Source: Lingula anatina (lineage: Eukaryota > Animalia > Brachiopoda). From it: DNA of 64,000 nucleotides. How positions within the stretch are numbered: position 1 is the first letter of the stretch; each line of letters starts with the position of its first letter. The notes beneath the pieces are model-generated. The model did not search any database. It saw only the letters and a program-made list of their open reading frames with translations, and had not been told where the DNA came from. The translations under genes and the position numbers were made by a program. Below, in pieces: positions 10,528 through 20,099 of the stretch. The DNA lies in contig CM120649.1 in NCBI GenBank assembly GCA_051362555.1, positions 7,006,001 to 7,070,000 on the forward strand. The letters run 5' to 3'.

Positions 10528-13500
10528 GTTAAAAAGATCAGAGAGAAAAGATAAAGTGAGAGATGAATGTGAATAATGGACAATTTTATAAGAAATGGGA
10601 TTTCAAAATGAAATTGAATTATGTTATGGGAATACTATATATATAGTAAATGCCATGTATCCATTTTTCTTATATTTGCCTTTGGCCGTCCTTAGCAAAT
10701 GAGATGTACACTAGTTGAAAAAAATGATTCTGACTTCATGTATTTTTTTTTTTAAGGGAAGTTTTTCTTTCTTTCTAGGTCTGCATATTTTTTTGTTAAA
10801 GAACACCAAAAGTGAAAGTACAACAGTGAAAGTTTTCTTTTTCAGGACTCTGAATTTTTTGTAAAAGCACATGAAAAGATCAGTTCAAGAGCCAGCAATA
10901 ACACAGCCATTTTGCGTCTTCTGCACTATCCGCCTGTGAAGGACGGTGAAGGTACAGGGAATTATGGGAAGACTAATGAGTATGGTGGGCTATCACTGAA
11001 AAGTAACACTTTTAAGGCATACAATGTGTATAAGACCTTTATACAGCTGAAAATAATTTTCCTGTTTTCAGGTTTTATCTTTGATTCATTCTTGTATTAG
11101 AGATGGAAACTGGGGAATGCTACTTTTGACAATATACCATGAAAAATTAAGAGGGGAAAAGGATTGAAATTTCGCTGAAAAAAATCTATATATTTTTTTT
11201 TATTTTGATGTTTGAATGTCTATCACACATTGTGTGCCTTTAGAAGAGGAATTTCAATTTTTTTGCCCAAAAAGTGGTTTTGAACCAGCTGTAACTGACC
11301 ATGCATGTATTTGATAATGATGATATAAATTTGGGAGATAGGTGGTCGTATATAACTAATATTTCTTTGGTGTTTTTAGTGACTGCTTTCCCATTGTGTC
11401 TAGCACTTTATGCTGTGGCATTACAAAAAACGTTCTTTTAGTTGTAGCTAGAAGTCTTTTTTTTTTTTTTTTTGTCTTGCTTACTAAGTACTGTTTGGTG
11501 GTTTTCAGTTCTGGCAATGCCATTCAAAATGTACATGAAAGAGTCACACATAGAGCAGCTGCATGCTATTAATTTACTATTTTTGTTTTTATTTTTTATT
11601 AGGGCTTAATCTTTAGGTTCTCTAACATCTTTTTATACTCCCTGTTATTTTTGTTTTAGGTGTGTTGCTCTATTAATATGCATGTGTTGAAGAATATCAC
11701 ATATTGCACTGCTTACCTTTTTCATTAAAAATGTGGGTTTTGTTATATTTGTGTGCTGTCTTATTTTCGTAGGACCAAAATGAGTTGCTTATGTGTCATA
11801 CACATCTTGAAAATTGGCGTAATAACAGCACAACAAGTTTGCGGCTTTTGACCTATCCTGCACGTACTGAAGAAGAAGGTAGCAAGGGCTTGAAAGCAGG
11901 CTTTGAAAATCGCTTCACTATAGAAAGCTCACCATTTTATCAAAAAATAACTGCCATGAAAAAGTTTCTAGTCTATGTCATATACACTACCCCCATGCAA
12001 AATGTCAGTTAATTAAAAAGATTGGTCAGTAGTACTCAATGAAATTTATTTGGTTACTGGCCACTGTTTCTAATTTGGCCCATTCTTTGACCCTGTTGAC
12101 CTGAAGGACCAGTTAGCATGCTAAAAAGGTCTTGGCAGTGTATAAGTTTTATTAAAATCAGTTGAAACCTGGAAAAATCAAATTGTAAATTGCAGGTGCT
12201 TTATATGCAGCCTGGCTCACTTGAAGCTGTTGGTTGTCAGAATCATTTATATTTTAGCATAGTATGAGTTTCATTAAAATCACTTATAAGTACAGGAGCA
12301 ATCAAATTGGCAATTGTAAGTGCTTTATATGCAGCCTGGCTTACTTTGCACTGTTGGTTGTCGCAGTTACGTATGTGCTTGGCAAAATATGTATAGACTA
12401 ATGGTGTGCTTTGGGTTACTTGGAACAAGGTTCTTCCAGCTCTTGATCACATGATTATATAACTTGTTGTTATCCTATTTTTTGTTAAAGAAAGCTTCCA
12501 TATGCTAGATAGCCGAGGAGGTTTTGAAGGGCTCATTTACATTGAAACTATTGGTCTAAGTAGGTCAATCTGTTAAACTGATTGCAGGTGAGAGTCTCTT
12601 AGGAGTTGATCTACAGAGGCAGATGTTTTCAATGAGAATGAACCCAAACCTATTTCATATTTCTACATTCCTATTATCTCTCTTATTTACACCTTTTGGT
12701 GATCATTTAATGTAGCCATTTTTAGATATGCGTCTATATAACAGTTTTCTCAAGTGTTATGTGTGATTTTAACAATAAGGAGAATAACACAACATTTTCT
12801 GAGTGACATTTATTTCTTTTGTTTTCAGACTTTCTGCCAGACCAGACACGCTGTGGTGAACACACGGATTACGGCTCCATGACTCTGCTCTTCCAGGATG
12901 ACACTGGAGGCCTGGAGGTAATTGTGTTGGGTGTGACATTGTGCGTGTTGTGTTAGGTGTGACAATTTGTCAGCTGGGGCAGTGTGTTAGGTGTGACAAT
13001 GTGAAATGGTAACCTTCTGTAATATTGTTGGGACAGTGTGTTGGGTGTGAGAGTGTGCCACCTTTGTTAGATGTGACAGTGTGCCAGCTGAGACATTTTG
13101 TTAGGTGTGATAATATGTCAGTTGGGACAGTGTGTTAGGTGTGACACTTTGCCAGCTGGGACAATGTGTTAGATGTGACAATGTCAGCTAGGGCAATGTG
13201 TTAGGTGTGACAATGTGTTAACTGGAGCAGTGTGTTAGGTGTGACAACTTGTCAGTTGGGACAGTGTGTTGGGTGTGACAAGTGTTAGTTGGAACATTGT
13301 GTTACGTATGACAATATGTCAGTATGTCAATTGTCATATAGTGACATTTTGTAATATAGTGACACTGTGAAATGGTAACCTTCTGTAATATAATATAATA
13401 TCACTTTGTGATACAGTGACACTGATGTAGTGACAATGTGATATAATGACAGTTTGTTAGGTGTGACAATGTGTCAGCTGCATCTGACAATACTTTCAAA

Positions 13501-15896
13501 CTTCACCAGGTCCAGACAGTGAACGGGGAGTTCAAGCCAGCCACGCCCATACCAGGCACTGTGGTGGTCAACATAGCCGACATGATGCAGAGGTGGACAG
13601 CGGATGGACTCAAGTCCACTGTGAGTACATGTCCACTACACTGGTGTTTTCTAAGGCCTTCTTCCCTGTTAGTGTTGACTGACTAATTGTCTTTTGATTG
13701 CGTGCTGTCTACTACTCTGCTTTGACTAAGTGTTTTGGTGCCTCAGTCATCCACCGTATTGTATATGAGGGTGGCACTTACAAATAGAAATTTTAGTGTT
13801 CTTGCATTGGTTTTGATGTATATTTTAGTTTAACAGCTAATTGTGTCTTAAGTAAACAGTGGTTTTTGGATTGTTAAATTCATTGATATGGTTATGTTTT
13901 ATTGTGTCTTGATGATCTGAACCAGAGAAATTAGTTCTTAAAGTTTGGAAATGACGTTCTGATCAACAAGGTACATTTTTTTTCTTTACTGGACTCACTC
14001 TATCTTTGTCTCTTTACTCGAGCATTTTAAAAGTAATCTCATTTTTTAATTTACTTTGTTTTGCATCAGTGGTATGTCTAATTTTCCACTGCTCAAAAAA
14101 TGATTTTTATGCACCTTTAAATTTCCAAAAGAAACCAAAAAAAAAAACCATACAAAGCACATGGACTGTCCATACACTCACGGGAATACCAAACAGTGAC
14201 TTTTGTAACCTAGGTTTTTGACCAGAATTTTGTACTTGAATGAGATTGATTTAAAAAAAAAGCTCATTTCTTCACTATTTCATGACATTGGAGTGAGTCC
14301 TGTTTTATGTTGTGCTCTTCTTAATTGGCTTTAAGAACAGGTTTAACAAAAGAAAAAAAATGTTTTTGAACATATTTCAGAATGTAGACTCTTGATATGA
14401 ATCTCATATTAGTAATAATAGTTTTTAATATTTAATCCCTTTAAACCTTGCTATTTGTAATGTTTGCTTACCATTCATCATCCACTGCCAAAGGTTCACA
14501 AGCATTGTGTGCCAGCTTCCTTTTCAAATTTCCGTGCAATCTCACTTCACACCTCTGACTTTCAGTGATTAAGTTTTACTATAATTATCACAAAATATTA
14601 GATTGGTATACATTAATTATGGCACATGCCCTTCTATTAAGCCACCTAATCTTCACACACATTGTCAGAGTCTGATAAGTCTGGTAAGCTGAACCATGGT
14701 AGTTTGACAATGGAAAAAACTGGCAAACATCAAATCTTAAGCTCATATTAGATTCACAGAGTATGACAGAGGTTTACCTGGTTGTAATGAAGCGTCTACA
14801 TCCTGATGTAAAAACTGAAAACATTTTTTTGTCAAAACTGTTCTGTAAATGGCCTTGACCTTTCAGTGTTGTGTTCTTCCTTTTTCTAGCCCCACCGTGT
14901 TGTACCCTCCAATAAGAGGAAGGCACGTAGAAGTGTAATCTATTTTATCGACCCTGATCGCTCTACGATTGTGAGGCCCCTAGATGGGTCTAACAAATAC
15001 CCTCCCATCTCTTATGTTAACTACCTATCACAGAGATTTGCTGACACGGGAATGCTTGAAGGAAACGAAGTCATTAACACAGCTGCATAAGTTTGCATGT
15101 AAGATTTTTTTTGTTGTTTTGTCTTAAAAAATCCTGAATGTAAGCTTAATTTGCTTTTTATGGCTTTGTTGCGCTTTGTTACTGTTGCTTCGTAAGCATT
15201 CCATTTGATGGTTGAGGCATTTGTGATTTTTTCTCAACAATTTTGCAGGGATTTTTGAAAAATTATTTATTTATCAAATTATAAATTTGTTTATACTTTC
15301 ACTTGCTTCTGTTTTGGAGCATGAAAAAAACATCACTTTTAGCTTAGTTCCTAGCTTTTTCTTTCCCCTTAACTAAATTTTAATCTGCCCCTTGGGTTTT
15401 TATGAGTTGATACTGTACTCACTGGTAGAACCAGATTTTTCATTATCACTGTACTCACTGGGAGAACCAGATTTTTCATTATCACTGTACTCACTGGGAG
15501 AACCAGATTTTTCTAAAATGGCACAGAGAGTTTTGTCAGATTTGTGTTATCACCATTGTAATTTTGTAAAAATTATAGTTAAATTTTTTTGTTCTTTTTT
15601 AAAGATATTCACAGTAGTAAACAAAATCCTACATGTTTTGCCTGTACTTGACCCACTGACCTTAACCAACTGACCTTCACCCACTGACCTTGACCTTTTC
15701 ATTGTAGTGTCACAGAGTGATCCCCCATAGGAAGACCAAACCAAGGCGTTCTATGGCATTTTTCATTGATCCTGATGGGGACGCAGTGATTGCGCCTTTG
15801 GACAATTCCAAAAAGTATCCACCAATAAAGTTTATAGACTACTTCAACAAACGTTATGAAGAAACAGGAATGACTCGGGAGGAACATATACAGTAG
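7174..15896 (+). CDS. 2-oxoglutarate/Fe(II)-dependent dioxygenase (DIOX_N + 2OG-FeII_Oxy, IPNS/ACC-oxidase-like fold), about 328-332 aa, with duplicated alternative exons
   Basis: Constant exons 7174-7362, 8292-8413, 9289-9358, 9541-9651, 12829-12917, 13510-13620. Alternative exon 5 is 10846-10951 or 11773-11878; the terminal exon is 14890-15090 or 15708-15896. Motifs: IPIVDL, GFVYVKNHGI, DLKESF, LRLLHYPP, CGEHTDYGSMTLLFQD..GGLEV (HxD), VVNIADMMQRWT...KST-xHRV (distal His), RRS (RxS). Confidence 0.92.
7954..8010. repeat. (TTA)n microsatellite
   Basis: Perfect trinucleotide run. Confidence 0.95.
8480..8685. mobile_element. MITE-like dispersed repeat (second copy inverted at about 54868-55056)
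   Basis: Ends TTGATCCACGGAC and GTCCATGGATCAA. The core GTCCCAGCAGGGGCAGAGCAAT..TCTCAGCAC..TCAAGTGGGT is the reverse complement of sequence at about 54918-54967. Confidence 0.7.
10761..10815 (+). pseudogene. Decayed partial copy of the exon 5A acceptor and 5' end
   Basis: Pyrimidine tract plus AG ending at 10778. In the +1 frame it reads SAYFFVKEHQK* versus DSEFFVKAHEK in exon 5A. Confidence 0.6.
10846..10951 (+). CDS. Dioxygenase alternative exon 5A (DSEFFVKAHEKISSRASNNTAILRLLHYPPVKDGE)
   Basis: TTTTTCAG acceptor, G|GTACAG donor, 106 nt, phase 0 in and phase 1 out, open reading frame. Confidence 0.9.
11773..11878 (+). CDS. Dioxygenase alternative exon 5B (DQNELLMCHTHLENWRNNSTTSLRLLTYPARTEEE)
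   Basis: TTTTCGTAG acceptor, G|GTAGCA donor, 106 nt, same phases as 5A, open frame, aligns to 5A without gaps. Confidence 0.85.
12920..13490. repeat. Degenerate minisatellite (about 33-bp unit, GTGTGTTAGGTGTGACAATGTGTCAGCTGGGACA) filling dioxygenase intron 6
   Basis: TGTTAGGTGTGACA recurs many times across the intron. Confidence 0.85.
14890..15090 (+). CDS. Dioxygenase alternative terminal exon 8A (PHRVVPSNKRKARRSVIYFIDPD...NTAA*)
   Basis: TTTTTCTAG acceptor, phase 0, 66 codons plus TAA. Carries HRV, RRS, FIDPD and KYPPI. Confidence 0.88.
   Translation, partial: PHRVVPSNKRKARRSVIYFIDPDRSTIVRPLDGSNKYPPISYVNYLSQRFADTGMLEGNEVINTAA
15412..15512. repeat. 36-bp tandem repeat, about 3 copies, between exons 8A and 8B
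   Basis: ACTGTACTCACTGG(G/T)AGAACCAGATTTTTCATTATC repeated. Confidence 0.9.
15708..15896 (+). CDS. Dioxygenase alternative terminal exon 8B (CHRVIPHRKTKPRRSMAFFIDPD...EHIQ*)
   Basis: TTTTCATTGTAG acceptor, phase 0, 62 codons plus TAG. Same motifs as 8A; an AATAAA lies downstream at about 16778. Confidence 0.88.
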   Translation, partial: CHRVIPHRKTKPRRSMAFFIDPDGDAVIAPLDNSKKYPPIKFIDYFNKRYEETGMTREEHIQ

Positions 15897-17339
15897 ATGG
15901 TTTATATCTAATGAGACAATCATGTTACTTAACTGATTACATTTTGACGTTGCCTAACATTGTCTTCAGGATTATGCCAAGATTATATGTTTATTTGTAT
16001 TGATAATGCTGAAAATGTCAAGATGTTTTCTCTTAGAAATTATGACATTCATAATTGGTTTAATTTGACAAAGTAAATAATCCATCCACACTGTTGATGA
16101 TGCGGGAATATAACTGCTGGTATTTGAAGAAAGTGCTTGTTTCACTAAACACCTTTGGACCATTTGGACCATTTTTCTTTAAAATTAAAAAAAAAATTAA
16201 ACCATTGAAAATACTCTGTTGTGTCTGTGCCTAAAGTTATAGTGATTTTATTGGTTTGAAAGCTGTATATACAGGTTTTATATTTGATGATTGATATTGC
16301 TTTATGATATTATCTGGGTTGTTGACTTTTTTCCCAACAAGTGGCAATTTTTGGCCACTATTTTGGCTTCATAATTCTGTGAAAGTTAAGTGTGCAATTA
16401 TATTCTTTTGGTTGCTTTGAAGGTTTATGATTTGAATTATTAGATTAAGTTTTTGAAATTATTGTAAAGCTTTCAGCAAGCTTTTTTAAACCAATTATTA
16501 TTTGAAATTCCGAAGTGTTCGTAAAAAACATAATGGCACTTTTAAGCTATGCTGTATATATTTTTCTTTCATTTACCTGATTGTCTTATACCAAATTTAA
16601 GCCAATATTTAGGCATTTTTACAAAGTGGCAATATTTTAATTTGTTTACTCTTTTTGTTAATAAGCGATTGTGGAAAGACTGAAAAGCATTTTTAAAATT
16701 ATTAGTTTCAATCATTGTTGGATGGGAGCTGTTGAATTATTCAGATGAAAGTGTCACATTGTTGTTGATCAATTGGGAATAAAGCAGTAGGTTGATTGGT
16801 TACTTGCACATGTATTATTTGTTTATTTAATATATTTTGGAAATCTGAATACTTTTTATTCAAGTTCCTGAACATAAGCTAATAGGAGCAATCGGGGGGG
16901 GGGAGCAATTTTCTTCATGTAATGTTCAATTTGGATAAGGGAATGACACTTTATATGTGTAAAATATCACGTATTCCCTCACCTTCTCTTTTATTTGTCC
17001 TTTTTGTTTATTCTTGTTGCAGTCCGTGAATTAGTTCTAGTATTTATTTATTTATTTATTTATTTATTTATTATTATTATTTTTATTTTTTTGAAGAGCT
17101 TTAACATTCAGGTTAGTCGAACATACATGAAAAGCTGCGTGGTTCACACAGGCACTGTGTTCAATTCTGCTTTAAAATCTTTAGTAACAGTACGCTCTAG
17201 GACAACAAAGATTTAAACGTTAGAATTTATAACACCGACGTTTGGGCCTACTGTATGGGGAACAAGCGTCCTGTCTTTCTTATTTCAAAAATATTAAGAA
17301 AGTATGTGGACCCACTTTGACGCACCACACCTTACAATG

Positions 17340-17810
17340 CCGACAGAACCAAATGACTACAGAGCAGAAAATCTACCTATCACAGTTTGTTTTGTGATGC
17401 TTTTCTCTTCTTTCAATGAGGTAATTTTACAAGACATTTTTTCATCGTAGTAAATATTCAGCTCACCCATGTGTTCCGAAACGGCTTATGAATGTCCGTT
17501 CACAACGGTCGAAACTAAACGACAAGAGCACCTTCGTTACAGCAGAAATTTACCTGCTTGTGTCAATTTGTTTTAATTTGTGATGCTTTTCTTTTCTTTC
17601 AGCGTAGAAATTTTACAAGACGTTCTTTCATCTCGGTGAAACTAGGGCGTAGATACATTTACAGGATTTATTTTAATAATGTCCCGGCACAAGACGGTGC
17701 GACGGGTTCCGTCTAAAACGGCCGAAAGTAAATGACGGGAGCACCATACTTTCTGCAGAAAATTATTTGGTTTTGTTTTGTGATGCCTTTGTTTCCTTTC
17801 AAGTTGGGTG
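17340..17810. repeat. Degenerate tandem repeat (about 180-210 bp, 3 copies), intergenic
   Basis: GCAGAAA...TTTGTGATGC(T/C)TT..TT(C)TTTCA recurs near 17365, 17543 and 17756. Confidence 0.6.
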
Positions 17811-18624
17811 GGGGTGAGGGTGGGGGCATTTTATAAGAGACTTGGATCTGAAACGTCCCTGGATATTTACAACCGCATGAGGAACAGATGTTTGAATTCC
17901 AAGGGTTCAAATGACATTGTTCAAAAAACCGTTATTAAGTCACGCTTCAGAAGTTGTTTAATGATAAGTTTTGGGGATTTAGCTGCTGTTTCCCGTTTTT
18001 CCGTATTTTATATATACCCATTTTCCCCACATTATTTTATACGTTTTGGGGTTGTTGTTCCTATAAAGGATATGTGTAAGCCTACTTTACGATAACAGAA
18101 TACGCTATCATCGAAGATAATGTATTCCTTTTCTCGTGTGCCGATAGAGGTCACTGACAGCATAGCGGACATCGTGAATATTGAAATTGATTTTTTTTCT
18201 ATATCAAGGCATCTGTCGATGTCATTTCAATTTTAAGGCAAAGTATTGCGTCTCAGGGTGCATCTTGTTAAGGTTTGATTAAGTTGATGAGTTAATTGAT
18301 TGATTAATTAATTATTTGCTCAAAACGTTACGGACATGTCATTTAACCGACATTTCTGATAGGCCTAGCCCAGGTGGTCATCGCATTTTAAGTTTTCTGA
18401 TGAGTTTTAGCGATAGTCTAAAATATAGGATTTTTCGTACTATTTACCGTGATGATCATCTTAAGTTGCACAAATTATGTTGGTAATTATATTGATCAAC
18501 TTAAAGAAATGATAAATACATCATTAGACATTTATCTCTGTATTTATTTATTTATCATGAATAAAATATTGAAAACGTACACTCAATGTTTATTTCTTTT
18601 TAAATTTTAATTAAAATTCTTCAT

Positions 18625-18666
<42 letters not shown>

Positions 18667-18949
18667 CTTTAAGGTTCCTTCAAATTTCCATGCGATCTTT
18701 TCGGATATTTCAGTCCTTTAGTCCAGGCTTTGGAAAATCTTGATCAACAGAGACTTGGACATAATAACGAATCGTTATTATGTTCAAGCTCGAGAGCATC
18801 TAAATTAATTTATGAGATATCACAGAGTCTAAGTCGAAACGGAAAAGTGTTTGTAAACTGTGTAAACCACACGGGTTACGGAAAGGATATCTATCACTTG
18901 CATAGTAGAATGTTCAAGGGTGCATATGTGTATGAACGCTGTGCATGTG

Positions 18950-19162
18950 TACCTTCTACCAGGGCGACTGATAGATTTTTACGGATATTCACAGATATGT
19001 CTCTAGCTAGATAGATTGTCATTTTAACTCTAAGTCACTTAGCTAGATAGATTGTCATTTTAACTCTAAGAGTTAGAATTAGAGTTAAAATGACAATCTA
19101 TCTAGCTAGAGACATATCTGTGAATATCCGTAAAAATCTATCAGTCGCCCTGGTAGAGGGTA
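18950..19162. mobile_element. Foldback MITE with 84-bp near-perfect TIRs and a 9-bp TSD (Mutator/MULE-like)
   Basis: 18950-19033 is the reverse complement of 19079-19162 with one mismatch. GTGCATGTG is duplicated at 18941-18949 and 19163-19171. Confidence 0.88.
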
Positions 19163-19231
19163 GTGCATGTGCACGTGGAACCTCTTTGCTGCCCTTGGTA
19201 TTATTTTCTGTATTGTATAGTTTGCCAGGAC

Positions 19232-19260
19232 CAAGGAGTTATAACTGTTATAACTCCTTG
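19232..19260. mobile_element. 29-bp palindromic micro-element with an 8-bp TSD (P-element-like termini)
   Basis: CAAGGAGTTATAAC-T-GTTATAACTCCTTG flanked by GCCAGGAC at 19224-19231 and 19261-19268. Confidence 0.75.
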
Positions 19261-19384
19261 GCCAGGACTATCGTGGACACACCTGTCATATGTATTAAGC
19301 CCCCCCCCCCCCCCTAGCGGATTCAATATGGTTGATTGTTGATATGAAAAAATAATGCATTGAACTTCCTTAGGGGCCTATCTA

Positions 19385-19621
19385 ATGGCGGATTTAGGGG
19401 GTGTCAGGGGGGTCTTGACCCGCCCTTCGACTTCTGAAGAAAATTTACATCAACTGTCCCCTCTTGAAATTAGAAAAAAAATAACTAGCTGAATCATAGT
19501 TCTAAACCGTACCAAATGGCACCGTTCACCCTCTAAAATACCAAAATTTTAGCCGGCCCCAAACCCTGCACCAAAGAGGGGGACCCCCCCCCCCCTTCAA
19601 ATAATCCCGGATCCGCCCCTG
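19385..19621. mobile_element. Non-autonomous DNA element with GGCGGAT...ATCCGCCCCTG termini
   Basis: Starts TGGCGGATTTAGGGGG and ends CCGGATCCGCCCCTG, with G/C-run subterminal tracts. Confidence 0.6.
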
Positions 19622-20099
19622 TAGATCTATAAATTTTCAGAACTGAACAACAACACGACGCGTGTGTTTTTAAATGAGTATGATGTTTACAAAAGGAACC
19701 AACAGCTGAAATAGTTTTACCTTCTTTATCATACAAAGGAAATAAACGTGTTCTTTTTACGAATATGATGCGTTTTTTTAATGATTTGCGTTACTTCTTC
19801 ACCGTTAAAAAACTGTTTTACCCCCCCCCCCCCTCATGACTACCGCCGTGTAATTATCACCGAATGTCAGATTTACAACAAATTTACTGTGAGTTTTGAA
19901 AAAAAAAAAAAAACAACAAAACATGGATAATAATATCTAAAGACTTAATCAATCCATTAAAATATAATAAAACATATAATTAAAGTAATTATAATAATAA
20001 AAATAAATTAAAAAATGTAAAGCCGAAACCAGCCGTAAGCAGCCTCAACCCGACCCTAAACGTGGAACTTGTACAACCTAGGTTGAAGTCCAGGTCGGG

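Noticed and set aside
10846-15896. Two interleaved paralogous dioxygenase genes, or a haplotype/assembly duplication
   Set aside because: Only exons 5 and 8 are doubled, and I found no second copy of exons 1-4, 6 or 7. The pairs are far too diverged to be alleles.
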